Of a DNA stretch of 51,564 nt, positions 23,789 through 34,203 are shown piece by piece. Within the stretch, counting starts at the first letter, position 1; each line of letters opens with the position of its first letter. Under the pieces are notes generated by a model, which made no database searches, was not told the origin of the DNA, and saw only the letters and a list, made by a program, of their open reading frames with translations. Origin of the DNA: Synechococcus sp. (lineage in GTDB: Bacteria; Cyanobacteriota; Cyanobacteriia; Thermostichales; PCC-7336); the NCBI GenBank assembly GCA_051439425.1, contig JBFRWD010000182.1:1-51564 (forward strand), read 5' to 3'. The position numbers and the translations under genes are program-made.

Positions 23789-23893
23789 TTGGCCTCTGTA
23801 AATCGAGCACTTCTGTTTTAAGTCAGCTCCCAGTGTTTCTCTCCCGCTCTTCCTTTTTAATATCCTCTCCTAACCCCTCCCCCCGGCATCGCC

Positions 23894-26719
23894 ATGAAAA
23901 TGACGACAGGCAAAATCAACGAACTCCTGACCCAGCCCGGCTGCGAGCACAACCACAAAAAAGATGGCAAGGGCAAAAATAAAGCCTGCCAGCAGCAAGC
24001 TCAGCCCGGTGCGGCCCAAGGAGGGTGCGCCTTCGACGGAGCCAGCATTGCTCTGGTCCCGATTACCGATGTCGCCCACCTGGTGCATGGCCCGATCGCC
24101 TGTGCCGGCAACTCTTGGGGCAGTCGAGGCAGTTTATCCTCGGGACCCATGCTCTACAAAATGGGCTTCACCACAGATTTGAACGAAAACGACATTATTT
24201 TTGGTGGAGAAAAGAAGCTCTACAAAGCGATTCGAGAAGTTAAAGAGCGCTACAGCCCTGCCGCCATATTCGTCTACCTCACCTGCGTCCCCGCCCTGAT
24301 TGGGGATGACTTGGAGCCTGTCTGTCAGATCGCGAGCGAGAAATTCGACATTCCCGTCATCCCCGTCAGCTCACCTGGTTTTGTGGGCAGTAAGAACCTG
24401 GGGAACCGCATTGGCGGCGAAGCGCTGTTGGAGTACGTCGTTGGTACGCGAGAGCCCGAATACACAACCCCTTACGACATCAACCTGATCGGCGAGTACA
24501 ACATCGCTGGAGAAATGTGGGGCATGCTGCCCCTGCTGGAGAAATTAGGTATTCGCGTGCTCGCCAAGATTACAGGGGATGCTCGCTACGAAGAAGTTGC
24601 CTGTGCCCACCGAGCCAAGCTCAACGTGATGATTTGCTCGAAAGCACTGATTAACATGGCCCACACCATGCAGGAGCGCTACGGCATCCCCTACATCGAA
24701 GAATCGATTTACGGCGTTGAAGACATGAACCGCCTGCTGCGGGATGTGGCGGCGAAGTTGGGGGATGTCGACCTGCAAGCTCGCGTCGAGCAATTGATCC
24801 AAACAGAAACAACCCAGCTTGACGTTGCCTTAGCCCCCTACCGGCAGCGGCTGCAAGGCAAGCGGGTAGTGCTCTACACCGGAGGGGTGAAAAGCTGGTC
24901 GATTATCTCTGCTGCTAACGATCTGTGCATTGAAGTCGTTGCCACCAGCACGAAGAAAAGCACCGAAGAAGACAAAGCCCGCATCAAAAAACTGCTCGGC
25001 AAAAACGGCATCATGCTGCAGAAAGGCAATGCCAAGGAACTCCTGAAGGTGATTGCCAAGACCAACGCCGACATGCTGATTGCAGGTGGTCGCAACCAAT
25101 ACACCGCCCTGAAAGCCAAAATTCCATTTCTGGACATCAATCAAGAACGTCACCACCCCTACGCCGGATATCTCGGCACGATCGAGTTGGCCAAAGAACT
25201 GGATGCCGCACTGCACAGCCCGATTTGGGAACAGGTCCGCCTCACGGCCCCATGGGATAGCCAGGATTTAGAAGAGGAAATAAGCAGTAATGATACTTCT
25301 GCTGCACAAACTCCCTCTGCCTCAACCGAGGTGACCTCTCGCAAAAAGTCAGTCGCCGTTAACCCTCTTAAACAGAGCCAACCCCTCGGGGCGGCCCTGG
25401 CCTATCTCGGCATCAACGGCATGATGCCCCTGTTCCACGGCTCTCAAGGGTGTACTGCGTTTGCCAAAGTAATGCTGGTGCGGCACTTCCGCGAAGCAAT
25501 TCCTCTGTCCACTACGGCCATGACCGAGGTGACCACCATTCTGGGTGGAGAAGACAACATCGAGACTGCGTTGCTGACGCTGTTGGAGAAGTCTCAGCCG
25601 GAAATTGTAGGTCTATGCACTACGGGGCTTACGGAAACACGCGGGGACGATATGCAGGGGATTCTGCGCACCGTTCGCCAGCACCAGGCGAAGCTTGCTG
25701 ACTTGCCGATCGCCTTTGCCTCCACCCCGGACTTCAAAGGGGCGTTACAGGATGGTTATCGAGCAGCAGTTGAAGCCTTAGTGAGGGATATTCCCTACGC
25801 CGATCTCGATAACTCAACTCCTGTTGAGCTTGAGAGCGATCCCTTCTATCTCAACTCTGCTCTGACAGCGCAGCAGGTCACGGTCTTAGCCGGACCTTCT
25901 TTATCCCCCGGCGACGTTCAGGCGGTCAAAGACATTGTGGCAGCGTTCGATCTCGAAGCCATTGTCGTCCCCGATATCTCTACGTCTCTGGATGGGCATC
26001 TATCGGAGAGCTACAACGCGGTGACGAGCGGTGGCACGACCGTGGAGCAGTTGCGAGCGCTCGGTCGCTCGACCTTCACGTTGGCGATCGGCCACAGCAT
26101 GACCACTGCCGCCGAGATTCTTCTCAGTCGATTTGGCACCGAGTATGCGGTGTTCGATAGCCTCACCGGCTTGGAGGCCGTCGATGGGTTCCTGCATACC
26201 CTGTCGGAGATTAGCGGTCAACCCGTCCCGGCATCATTTCGACACCAGCGCCGCCAACTGCAGGATGCCATCCTCGACACGCACTTTTTCTTTGGCCGTA
26301 AGCGAATTGCTTTGGCCCTAGAGCCCGACCTGCTTTACAGCATTGCCTGGTGGCTCACCACCACCGGGGCAGAGGTCCATGCCGCTGTTACGACGACCAA
26401 GTCCAAGCTGTTAAAGAATCTGCCGGTCGAATCCGTTACCATCGGCGATTTGGAAGACTTTGCAGACCTAGCCCAAGGGGCGGATTTGCTGATTGCCAAT
26501 TCCAATGCCAAGGCTATTTCCGAGCAGCTGGACATTCCCCTCTATCGACTGGGTTTCCCAGTGTTCGATCGTCTCGGCAACGGTCGTCGCTGCACGGTTG
26601 GGTACGGCGGCACTGCTCAACTGCTGTTCGACATCGGCAATCTGTTCATGCAGGCGGATGAAGCCCATGCCCACGATCTCGTTCATGCCTGGAGACAGGG
26701 GGACATGAGGGGAGGGTAG
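23894..26719 (+). CDS. nifEN: Fused nitrogenase FeMo-cofactor scaffold NifE-NifN
   Basis: NifE half ([36 protein letters not shown]) joined in frame through a Ser/Thr linker to NifN half ([25 protein letters not shown]). Confidence 0.96.
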   Translation: MKMTTGKINELLTQPGCEHNHKKDGKGKNKACQQQAQPGAAQGGCAFDGASIALVPITDVAHLVHGPIACAGNSWGSRGSLSSGPMLYKMGFTTDLNENDIIFGGEKKLYKAIREVKERYSPAAIFVYLTCVPALIGDDLEPVCQIASEKFDIPVIPVSSPGFVGSKNLGNRIGGEALLEYVVGTREPEYTTPYDINLIGEYNIAGEMWGMLPLLEKLGIRVLAKITGDARYEEVACAHRAKLNVMICSKALINMAHTMQERYGIPYIEESIYGVEDMNRLLRDVAAKLGDVDLQARVEQLIQTETTQLDVALAPYRQRLQGKRVVLYTGGVKSWSIISAANDLCIEVVATSTKKSTEEDKARIKKLLGKNGIMLQKGNAKELLKVIAKTNADMLIAGGRNQYTALKAKIPFLDINQERHHPYAGYLGTIELAKELDAALHSPIWEQVRLTAPWDSQDLEEEISSNDTSAAQTPSASTEVTSRKKSVAVNPLKQSQPLGAALAYLGINGMMPLFHGSQGCTAFAKVMLVRHFREAIPLSTTAMTEVTTILGGEDNIETALLTLLEKSQPEIVGLCTTGLTETRGDDMQGILRTVRQHQAKLADLPIAFASTPDFKGALQDGYRAAVEALVRDIPYADLDNSTPVELESDPFYLNSALTAQQVTVLAGPSLSPGDVQAVKDIVAAFDLEAIVVPDISTSLDGHLSESYNAVTSGGTTVEQLRALGRSTFTLAIGHSMTTAAEILLSRFGTEYAVFDSLTGLEAVDGFLHTLSEISGQPVPASFRHQRRQLQDAILDTHFFFGRKRIALALEPDLLYSIAWWLTTTGAEVHAAVTTTKSKLLKNLPVESVTIGDLEDFADLAQGADLLIANSNAKAISEQLDIPLYRLGFPVFDRLGNGRRCTVGYGGTAQLLFDIGNLFMQADEAHAHDLVHAWRQGDMRGG

Positions 26720-26730
26720 CGAGCTGGTGA

Positions 26731-26819
26731 GTACCGATCTCAAGAGACTTGTCGATCTCAAGAGACCCATTTGTTTCAACAGACCCACTTCTTTCAAGAG
26801 ACTCATTTGTTCAACAGAC
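26731..26819. repeat. Five ~18-bp tandem units with core TCAA(G/C)AGAC between nifEN and nifX
   Basis: Cores at 26740, 26758, 26776, 26794 and 26811; the array ends immediately before the nifX RBS (AGGAGG). Confidence 0.8.
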
Positions 26820-26832
26820 CAGGAGGTTTCTC

Positions 26833-27258
26833 ATGAAAATTGCCTTCACCACCCGAGACTCGGTCCATATCAACGCCCACTTTGGTTGGGCCAGCAAGAT
26901 CGATGTTTACGAGGCCAATACCGACGACTACGCCTACCTGGAGACGTTGGAATTTCGGGGGGATCTCAAGGAAGACGGTAATGAAGACAAGCTGGAACCC
27001 AAGCTGAAAGCCCTGAAGGATTGCACTCTGGTGTACGTTTCGGCGATCGGTGGCAGTGCCGCTGCCCGTCTGATTCGCAACAACATCACGCCGATTAAAG
27101 CCCAATCGGAAGATGACGAAATTCAAGAGGTGTTGGCCCGTCTGGTCAGCACCCTCAAAGGGAGCCCGCCCCCTTGGCTGCGTAAGGCGCTGCTGAAAGG
27201 TCAACCCCGCAACTTTGCCGCTGAATTAGACCATCTCGAAGAGGAACTAGCCCAATGA
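26833..27258 (+). CDS. nifX: Nitrogen fixation protein NifX
   Basis: MKIAFTT..HINAHFGWA..DGNEDKL..AIGGSAAARL..PPPWLRKA. Confidence 0.95.
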   Translation: MKIAFTTRDSVHINAHFGWASKIDVYEANTDDYAYLETLEFRGDLKEDGNEDKLEPKLKALKDCTLVYVSAIGGSAAARLIRNNITPIKAQSEDDEIQEVLARLVSTLKGSPPPWLRKALLKGQPRNFAAELDHLEEELAQ

Positions 27259-27734
27259 GCCCTGTTGAAGTCTCTCCCGCTTTCCAAGAAACCCTAACGA
27301 TTGACGGGTCTTCATTTTTAAAAGCCATCGTTCAACAGATTCGCGCTAACGATGCCTACGGCACGTTCCGAAACTGGGAGGATCGGCTGCTGCTGAAACC
27401 CTATATCCTCTCGAAAAAACAGCGCCGGGAAATTCCGGTGGAAGGGGATGTCGACCCCATCACGATGGGGCGAATTATGGCTTTTTATCGGGCGATCGCC
27501 GCTCGAATTGAGGAAGAAACTGGCCAGCTCTCTCAGGTGGTTGTCGATCTCAGCCACGAGGGTTTTGGATGGGCATTGATCTTTTCCGGTCGCCTCATCC
27601 TGGTGTCCAAAACCCTAAGGGACGCTCAGCGGTTCGGGTTTGACACCCTCGACAAGTTAAACGCTGAAGGAGAAAAGCTCGTACAGAAAGGTGTCGAGCT
27701 GGCCCTCAGATACCCGCAGGTTTGCGACCTGTAA
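27255..27734 (+). CDS. NifX-associated nitrogen fixation protein (DUF269-like)
   Basis: QIRANDAYG..FYRAIA..IE.ETG..LSHEGFGWAL..GRL..LRDAQRFGF; position after nifX. Confidence 0.9.
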   Translation: MSPVEVSPAFQETLTIDGSSFLKAIVQQIRANDAYGTFRNWEDRLLLKPYILSKKQRREIPVEGDVDPITMGRIMAFYRAIAARIEEETGQLSQVVVDLSHEGFGWALIFSGRLILVSKTLRDAQRFGFDTLDKLNAEGEKLVQKGVELALRYPQVCDL

Positions 27735-27801
27735 GTACCAATTGGCGAGCGCACATTGATCGGCGCAAGCTCAGCGATCGCTGTCTTTCCCCATTCCTGC
27801 C

Positions 27802-28041
27802 ATGACCACCACTACCACCGATTTATCCATTACCGATCCCGCTGCCATCGACAGCCTAAAAAAACAAATCAAGCGGCTCAACAGTAAAGCGGGACAGATG
27901 AAGATGGACCTTCACGATATTGCGGAAGGCCTGCCCACCGATTTAGAACTGCTCCCCGAAGCCGCTTCCCGCACCTACCTGATTTACTGCCAGCTCCGCG
28001 ATCTCAGACAGCAACTCAAAACCTTGGAGGCCCAACCATGA
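27802..28041 (+). CDS. CCE_0567-family (DUF683, Rop-like) nif-associated small protein
   Basis: LKKQIKRLNSKAGQMKMDLHDIAEGLP signature; between DUF269 gene and nifW. Confidence 0.88.
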   Translation: MTTTTTDLSITDPAAIDSLKKQIKRLNSKAGQMKMDLHDIAEGLPTDLELLPEAASRTYLIYCQLRDLRQQLKTLEAQP

Positions 28042-28355
28042 CAACAACCACCAACTCCCTCGATCGCTTCAATGAATTAGTCGATGCCGAAGAGTATTTC
28101 GAATTTTTCGATATGCCCTACGACCCCCAAGTCCTGAATGTCAATCGCCTGCACATTCTGCGCAAGTTCTCCCAACTGGTGCAGTCTGCCGATCGCGTGT
28201 TCTCCGAGGGGGAACAACTCGGCATTTATCGCAAAGCGTTGCAAATGGCCTACGACCTGTTCCTGACCTCTTCGGGAGTAGAGCAAAAGCTCTTTAAGGT
28301 CTTTCGGGACAAGCCTCAAAACGTGGTGATGGTGTCGGATATCGGGGTCGAATAG
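28038..28355 (+). CDS. nifW: Nitrogenase-stabilizing protein NifW
   Basis: LVDAEEYFEFF..YDP.V.NVNRLHILRKF..AY..F..S...EQKLFKVF. Confidence 0.95.
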   Translation: MTTTTNSLDRFNELVDAEEYFEFFDMPYDPQVLNVNRLHILRKFSQLVQSADRVFSEGEQLGIYRKALQMAYDLFLTSSGVEQKLFKVFRDKPQNVVMVSDIGVE

Positions 28356-28460
28356 CTCGAAGTTAGCTCTCGACATTGCTAAACCCTCATTGCTTTAAAG
28401 GCTCCAGTCGACCCACCCAGTCAACCGTTTGCACCTGTACCCACCAGTTCGTCTCGAATC

Positions 28461-29261
28461 ATGTTTCCATCTCTAACCCCCACTGAAATAGAACGCTATC
28501 GCCGTCAGATGATGTTGCCCGGTCTGGGCGAAATCGGCCAGCGAAAGCTGAAGGACACCACAGCCCTGGTGACAGGTGTAGGAGGCCTCGGGGGGACGAC
28601 TGCTCTCTATTTGGCAGTGGCTGGGGTGGGTCAATTGATCTTGGTGCGAGGGGGCAATCTGCAGCGGGACGATCTCAATCGCCAAGTGCTGATGACCGAT
28701 GACTGGGTGGGTAAGCCCAGGGTGTTCAAAGCCCGAGAAACGCTGATCGAACTCAATCCCGATATCGAGATTGAAGCGGTCTGCGATTACGTCACTGCTG
28801 ACAACATCGATGACTTGGTAATGCGATCGGATATCGCTCTGGACTGTGCTTTTGACTTCAAAGAGCGGGATTTGTTGAACGCCGCTTGCGTGCGGTGGCA
28901 AAAGCCCATGGTGGAAGCCGCCATGAACGGTATGGACGCTTACCTGACAGCGATCGTACCGGGGCAGACTCCCTGCCTCTCCTGCCTGTTTCCTGAAAAA
29001 CCAGACTGGGATCGCTGGGGGTTTGGAGTCTTAGGAGCTGTATCGGGGACGTTGGCTTGTTTAGCCGCCTTAGAAGCCATCAAGCTAGTCACCGGTTTGG
29101 GAGATCCCTTACTGGGTCGGCTACTGACGATGGACTTGGCCCGTGCTGAATTTGCCAAACGCCGTCCTTACAAAGATCCTGACTGCCCGGTGTGCGGACA
29201 CCTCGGGAAGTCCCAAGACTCTCCCCATCTTGCTGCAATTGCCTCTTCTTCTGCCTGCTGA
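28461..29261 (+). CDS. hesA: HesA (ThiF/MoeB-family) protein
   Basis: ERYRRQMML..GVGGLG..LNRQ..PCLSC..DPDCPVC; conserved position after nifW. Confidence 0.92.
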   Translation: MFPSLTPTEIERYRRQMMLPGLGEIGQRKLKDTTALVTGVGGLGGTTALYLAVAGVGQLILVRGGNLQRDDLNRQVLMTDDWVGKPRVFKARETLIELNPDIEIEAVCDYVTADNIDDLVMRSDIALDCAFDFKERDLLNAACVRWQKPMVEAAMNGMDAYLTAIVPGQTPCLSCLFPEKPDWDRWGFGVLGAVSGTLACLAALEAIKLVTGLGDPLLGRLLTMDLARAEFAKRRPYKDPDCPVCGHLGKSQDSPHLAAIASSSAC

Positions 29262-29276
29262 ATTCTAATCCTCACC

Positions 29277-29648
29277 ATGTTTTGGACGTCTCTGCTCTTG
29301 TTCGGTATTGCGATCGCCTTTTGGCGACTGCTCCTCCCCCATCCCAATCATTTCATCCGCCTCACCGGAGTGCTGGTCAGCATTGCCTCTCTAACAGTGG
29401 CTCTGGCAACTGCCCCCGTACTTTTGCCGACCCTTACGTTATTGGGGCTATTGCTCGTCAGTCCCATTTGCATGGCTCAAGCCGTCCTGAGAGAGAGACA
29501 TTCCTGTTCCAGGCTGTGCATGTTGCGCAACCGCTGTCGTTCCTCTCGGAAACATGTCGGTTCCTCCCCTGGTTGGACCGCCGTTTATCGCAGAGGGGCA
29601 AAGGGCCGGTACCTCGCTTCTTCCCACTCTCGGAGATTGCTGGATTAA
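29277..29648 (+). CDS. Small hypothetical membrane protein with Cys-rich basic C-terminus
   Basis: 123-aa ATG ORF 15 nt after hesA, with about 3 hydrophobic segments followed by CSRLCMLRNRC. Confidence 0.55.
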   Translation: MFWTSLLLFGIAIAFWRLLLPHPNHFIRLTGVLVSIASLTVALATAPVLLPTLTLLGLLLVSPICMAQAVLRERHSCSRLCMLRNRCRSSRKHVGSSPGWTAVYRRGAKGRYLASSHSRRLLD

Positions 29649-29672
29649 TCCCCGCGCCTCTGTCCCACTGTC

Positions 29673-29777
29673 TATAGCGATCGGCAATCCGCTATGGAGA
29701 GTTTCCTAACTACTTTTCCTCACCAATACAGGATTCTAGTTGTCTCAACACTCTAGACCTTAGAGCGGATTGCTATA
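29673..29777 (+). repeat. 105-bp MITE-like dispersed repeat, copy B
   Basis: TATAGCGATCGGCAATCCGCT...AGCGGATTGCTATA; internal inverted repeat GCAATCCGCT/AGCGGATTGC. Confidence 0.85.
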
Positions 29778-29814
29778 CATTCCCTTGCGCATCCTTTCTT
29801 CCAAGGAGTCCCTT

Positions 29815-30180
29815 ATGACCGTCATTCTGACTGAGCTAGCCGAGCTGCGACTGCGCACCTTCGTACGCGGCACCCCCAACCCCACCTCAGACCGTGGCAT
29901 TCGCCTGGCGGTTAAAGATGGTGGCTGTAACGGCTACGAATACGACATCAAAGTTACGGATGCTCCACGTGCTGACGACGAAGTGGTGCGATCGGGCAGC
30001 CTCAACGTCTTCATTGACCCCGAAAGCGCTCCCCTCCTAGAGGGCGTTGTTGTGGACTATGTCGACGGGCTGCTAGAAAGCGGATTCAAATTCACCAATC
30101 CCAACGCCACCGACACATGTGGCTGCGGCAAATCTTTCCAATCAGGGGATTGCGGCCCGGTTGGAGTGCCCTGCTCCTAG
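29815..30180 (+). CDS. hesB: HesB/IscA-family Fe-S cluster assembly accessory protein
   Basis: GIRLAVKDGGCNGYEY..FKFTNPNATDTCGCGKSF. Confidence 0.93.
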   Translation: MTVILTELAELRLRTFVRGTPNPTSDRGIRLAVKDGGCNGYEYDIKVTDAPRADDEVVRSGSLNVFIDPESAPLLEGVVVDYVDGLLESGFKFTNPNATDTCGCGKSFQSGDCGPVGVPCS

Positions 30181-30302
30181 GGATTGTCGTTCCCAGCTCG
30201 ATCGCTAGCCGCAGTGTCTGGCTGTCCGTCGTTTAGGTTTCGCATTCCCTAGGTTTCGCATCCCAATGTTCAAACCCACCCACGTGTTTTAGGAGATTGA
30301 CC

Positions 30303-30602
30303 ATGGCGACCTATCAAGTGCACCTCATCAACAAAAAGCGCAAGATCGATGTCACTATTCCCGTTGCCGATGACATGTACATCATGGACGCAGCGGAAGA
30401 AAACGATATCGAACTGCCCTTTTCCTGTCGGGCTGGAGGCTGCTCTAGCTGTGTTGGCAAGCTGGTTGATGGAGAGATCAATCAAGACGATCAATCCTTC
30501 CTTGATGACGATCAAATTGCCAAAGGGTTTGTGTTGCTCTGTACAGCCTACGCTCGCTCCGATTGCACGGTTAAAACCCACATGGAAGCTTATTTTATCT
30601 AG
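30303..30602 (+). CDS. fdxH: Nitrogenase-type [2Fe-2S] ferredoxin FdxH
   Basis: [14 protein letters not shown] (FdxH-type basic patch)..[22 protein letters not shown]; position after hesB. Confidence 0.88.
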   Translation: MATYQVHLINKKRKIDVTIPVADDMYIMDAAEENDIELPFSCRAGGCSSCVGKLVDGEINQDDQSFLDDDQIAKGFVLLCTAYARSDCTVKTHMEAYFI

Positions 30603-30803
30603 GGTATCTATCGCCCATCACAGTTGACTGGAGCACGACGAGCTGTTTTTTTTCAATGGTGTCGAACGTGCAACAACGATCGAACGGCAAATCGCCAATG
30701 GAGATCTCCTGTTCTGTCAGCTCCGGTCAAACTCCACCTCTCAACAGATAAATACCTCACACAGATAAGTACTTCACGTTGTAATTGTTTCGAGGTGAGT
30801 CCC

Positions 30804-30956
30804 ATGTCCAGCAATACAGCTGTTGATCGCGTTATGAGAGAATTTCGCGCTAGGGATATTGGCCCAATAGAGCAACAGAAACGAAAACGTAATCGTCTCT
30901 ATCGCACTATTTCGCAATTGAGAAGCTGCGTCAAAGTCAAACACGATCGTTGCTAA
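30804..30956 (+). CDS. Possible small basic protein (50 aa)
   Basis: ATG preceded by GAGGTG; co-oriented between fdxH and flavodoxin; no recognisable motif. Confidence 0.3.
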   Translation: MSSNTAVDRVMREFRARDIGPIEQQKRKRNRLYRTISQLRSCVKVKHDRC

Positions 30957-31059
30957 TTAACGTGTTTAGGTCTTGATGCCATCCGACCTCCCCGATCGAG
31001 AGACGCACGAAGGCTCAAATCCGATCGCATTCAATCTTGCAATTATAGGAGTCAAGCAA

Positions 31060-31590
31060 ATGACTAAGATTGGACTTTTCTACGGCAGTACCTCGGGTGT
31101 TACGGAAGAAATTGCAGAGAAAATTCAAGCCATTATTGGAGATGACCTCTGCGATCTCTACAGTATGGAGGAAGATTTTGATGGTGTTGATGACTTATTA
31201 AAATACGACTATTTGCTCTTAGGGTGTTCCACTTGGGGAGCAGGTGAAGTTCAAAATGATTGGCGCGAGCCTCTATTTGATATTGAAGTCGAAAAACCAG
31301 ATTTTACGGGTAAGACTATTGCACTATTTGGTCCCGGAGATTGTGAAGGTCATAGCAAGCATTTTGTTGGTGCTCTAGGAATTCTCTACGACCAGTTCAA
31401 AGCGGTCGGTGCCAAGCTCGTGGGCGCTGTTTCCGCTGAAGATTATTCATTTGAGAAATCGACTTCGATTCGGGACGGCAAATTTGTGGGTTTGCCCCTG
31501 GATGAAGTGAATGAAAGTGAGAAAACCGATCGCCGAATTGCAGATTGGTTAGACCTGCTCAAGGCTGACTTTCCGGCCCTTGTGGCTTAG
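31060..31590 (+). CDS. fldA: Long-chain flavodoxin
   Basis: IGLFYGSTSGVTE FMN-binding loop, GCSTWGAGE, ALFGPGD, FVGLPLDE.N...T..RI..W. Confidence 0.92.
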   Translation: MTKIGLFYGSTSGVTEEIAEKIQAIIGDDLCDLYSMEEDFDGVDDLLKYDYLLLGCSTWGAGEVQNDWREPLFDIEVEKPDFTGKTIALFGPGDCEGHSKHFVGALGILYDQFKAVGAKLVGAVSAEDYSFEKSTSIRDGKFVGLPLDEVNESEKTDRRIADWLDLLKADFPALVA

Positions 31591-31778
31591 AGCAGTGACC
31601 GCATCACTGCGGGCATTTCAGCTACGACAATCCCTGTCTGCACTTAGAGTTGAATGTCCTAACTGAAATGAACACCCAATGCAGACGAGCAGCATTGCTT
31701 TCGAATTTTTTGAATGGCTGCAAGCCAACAGCTCTAACTCCCAAAAAGCCCTCACTCCAGACTGTAGGACATCATGTT

Positions 31779-32822
31779 ATGCCCATTGCTCACAACATCA
31801 CCGAACTGGTGGGAGACACCCCCCTCGTACAGCTCAACCGCATCCCCCAATCCGAAGGCTGCGTGGCTCGCATTGCCATGAAGCTGGAGAGTATGAACCC
31901 TACGTCTTCGGTTAAGGATCGGATCGGAGTCAATATGATTCGGGCTGCCGAGGAAGCAGGAACGATCGCCCCCGACACAACCATTCTGGTGGAGCCCACG
32001 TCGGGGAATACCGGTATTGCTTTGGCAATGGTTGCTGCCGCTAAAGGGTATCGCCTAGTCCTCACCATGCCAGACACCATGAGCCTGGAACGCCGGGCCG
32101 TGCTCAGGGCATACGGTGCAGAACTGGTACTGACCCCCGGCTCGAAAGGCATGAATGGGGCGATCGCTCGGGCGAAAGAACTGGCGGAGACGATCCCCAA
32201 CGCCTATATGCCTCAGCAATTTCAGAATCCAGCCAACCCGCAAGTTCACCGAGAAACCACGGCGGAAGAACTGTGGACCGACAGCGAAGGGCAAGTGGAT
32301 ATTGTTATTGCCGGTGTGGGAACGGGTGGAACCATTACCGGTGTTGCGGAAGTCCTCAAGCCTCGCAAGCCCGGACTGCAGGTCATCGCGATCGAGCCAG
32401 AAACCAGCCCGGTATTATCCGGCGGGTCCTCCGGCCCCCACAAAATTCAGGGGATTGGTGCGGGGTTTGTGCCGCCCGTGCTGAGGACGGATCTTCTGGA
32501 TGAGGTTCTGACAGTCGCCGATAAAGATGCGCTCGCTTACAGTCGCCGATTGGCGAGAGATGAGGGACTACTCTCGGGGATTTCTGCTGGCGCGGCTTTG
32601 GCCGCTGCTATTCAGGTCGCGAAGCGCCCGGAAAACTCTGGCAAGTTGATTGTGGCGATTCAACCTAGCTTTGGTGAACGCTATTTGAGTACGGTGCTAT
32701 TTCACGATCTCCCGGCACGCGAGCCCATTATCAGTACCTATCTCCCCGCAAATTCGCTGGAAGAATCGACCCTCGCGGAACCACTAGTCAGTGCCAATTT
32801 CAATCGGGAATCTCACTCTTGA
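31779..32822 (+). CDS. cysK: Cysteine synthase A (O-acetylserine sulfhydrylase)
   Basis: [16 protein letters not shown] (PLP Lys), [36 protein letters not shown]. Confidence 0.95.
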   Translation: MPIAHNITELVGDTPLVQLNRIPQSEGCVARIAMKLESMNPTSSVKDRIGVNMIRAAEEAGTIAPDTTILVEPTSGNTGIALAMVAAAKGYRLVLTMPDTMSLERRAVLRAYGAELVLTPGSKGMNGAIARAKELAETIPNAYMPQQFQNPANPQVHRETTAEELWTDSEGQVDIVIAGVGTGGTITGVAEVLKPRKPGLQVIAIEPETSPVLSGGSSGPHKIQGIGAGFVPPVLRTDLLDEVLTVADKDALAYSRRLARDEGLLSGISAGAALAAAIQVAKRPENSGKLIVAIQPSFGERYLSTVLFHDLPAREPIISTYLPANSLEESTLAEPLVSANFNRESHS

Positions 32823-32875
32823 TGGCGATCGCGTCATCCGCTATCGCGTTTCCCCCCCCCCAGGTTCCTTTCCGT

Positions 32876-33385
32876 ATGAATGCATCTCCTGCTATCTCTA
32901 ATCCCTCTTTTGGTAGTCCCCCGTCTTGGTATCGAGTCCCGAGCGAGATCGAAGCCCTGCTTTCAGCGGCGGTTGTCTGTTGGGACGATACCCCCCGTTC
33001 GGAGCAATTGATGGTGCAAGCCATCAACCATCCCGATACAACGCTAGAGGTTCTGGTGAGCGCCTATCGCTACTTCTTTTACAAGAGCAATGACGGTATG
33101 GCGCGCTATCTCGCGATGCAGGTGATGGAGCGGATTAAGCAGGCCGAATCGCTACCGGATGACTGGCCTACCCTTAAGGCCATCTTGCAAGACCGTCTCC
33201 TCTGCGATCCGGCCATTCGTCTTTATTTGAATGCGTATACAGCGTTGGGCATCATGCTGGCCCGTTGGGGGGCAGTGCAGTCTGCACTCGAAATTTCAGC
33301 TCGCATTCAAAGCATTGATTCAACGAATGAGTTTGGGGCGGAATTCATTCAGGCCGTCCTCAGTAATGAGGATGAAGGCGAGTAG
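32876..33385 (+). CDS. Conserved hypothetical helical (TPR-like) protein
   Basis: 169-aa ORF; LVSAYRYFFYK..RLYLNAY.A.G..LAR.G..EFGA pattern; start uncertain. Confidence 0.7.
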   Translation: MNASPAISNPSFGSPPSWYRVPSEIEALLSAAVVCWDDTPRSEQLMVQAINHPDTTLEVLVSAYRYFFYKSNDGMARYLAMQVMERIKQAESLPDDWPTLKAILQDRLLCDPAIRLYLNAYTALGIMLARWGAVQSALEISARIQSIDSTNEFGAEFIQAVLSNEDEGE

Positions 33386-33468
33386 TTGACAGGGGTCTCT
33401 CTACCCGTTCTTCGGACCGCTGTTTTCCCGTTGACTGCATTCCTGCTCGTAAGCTCGGAGGTGCTTCC

Positions 33469-34089
33469 ATGACTCCTCAAGACTGGTTCGTCGACGACAC
33501 AGGTCAGTGCCAAGCTCGACCCACTGCTCGACCGTGGGATCTACTGCGGGAGAACTTTTACCTGCACCAGTTTCTGACCGAAATTTTAGAGATTGTCGGC
33601 CAAGCCCAACTGGAACAAGAGGAATGGAATTTTCTTCCCCAAATTCGTACCAAAGTGCGCCAATTGGTGATGAATTCCTATTGGTTGAGGACGCGGTATG
33701 CAGAACCCGATCCCCAAATGGGTGCCAAGGTTTCCACGCTGTATGACGAAATTGGCTATCCCCTAACCGTGCAAAATGTCACAACACGTTCGGGTGTTAT
33801 ATCCACCATTCACAACCACGGCACCTGGGGAATTGTCTTTCAACTCCGGGGTCGCGATCGCCACACTTTCTGGCGTCGCACGAACTCTCCTGATGAGCCT
33901 CCCCATATTGAACCCGCCAGCGAAATCGTCCTCGGCCCCGGACAGCTCCTCAGCCTTCATCCCGATGCCATCCATCAGGTGGAAACCGTAAGCCCAGACT
34001 GGTCTCTGAATTTTCAACTGTACGGCGATACCCAGCCCAAACAGCGCTTCCAATTCGAGCCGGAGACTCAGACCGCCAGACCGTTTTGA
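33469..34089 (+). CDS. Cupin protein, cysteine/thiol dioxygenase-like
   Basis: STIHNHGTWG and AIHQVET His motifs; GGAGG RBS. Confidence 0.82.
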   Translation: MTPQDWFVDDTGQCQARPTARPWDLLRENFYLHQFLTEILEIVGQAQLEQEEWNFLPQIRTKVRQLVMNSYWLRTRYAEPDPQMGAKVSTLYDEIGYPLTVQNVTTRSGVISTIHNHGTWGIVFQLRGRDRHTFWRRTNSPDEPPHIEPASEIVLGPGQLLSLHPDAIHQVETVSPDWSLNFQLYGDTQPKQRFQFEPETQTARPF

Positions 34090-34203
34090 TTGGTTTTTAA
34101 GGCAGCCATGAAGCTGGCCAATGTCGCGATTGTATTCTCCACATTCGCCAGTCAAGAAACGCTGTTCGTTCGCTTTACCTCTCTCAACCAACAGGAGTCA
34201 ATC

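Noticed and set aside
26731..26819. CRISPR array
   Set aside because: 9-bp cores with 8-9-bp spacers are far too short, and no cas genes are present
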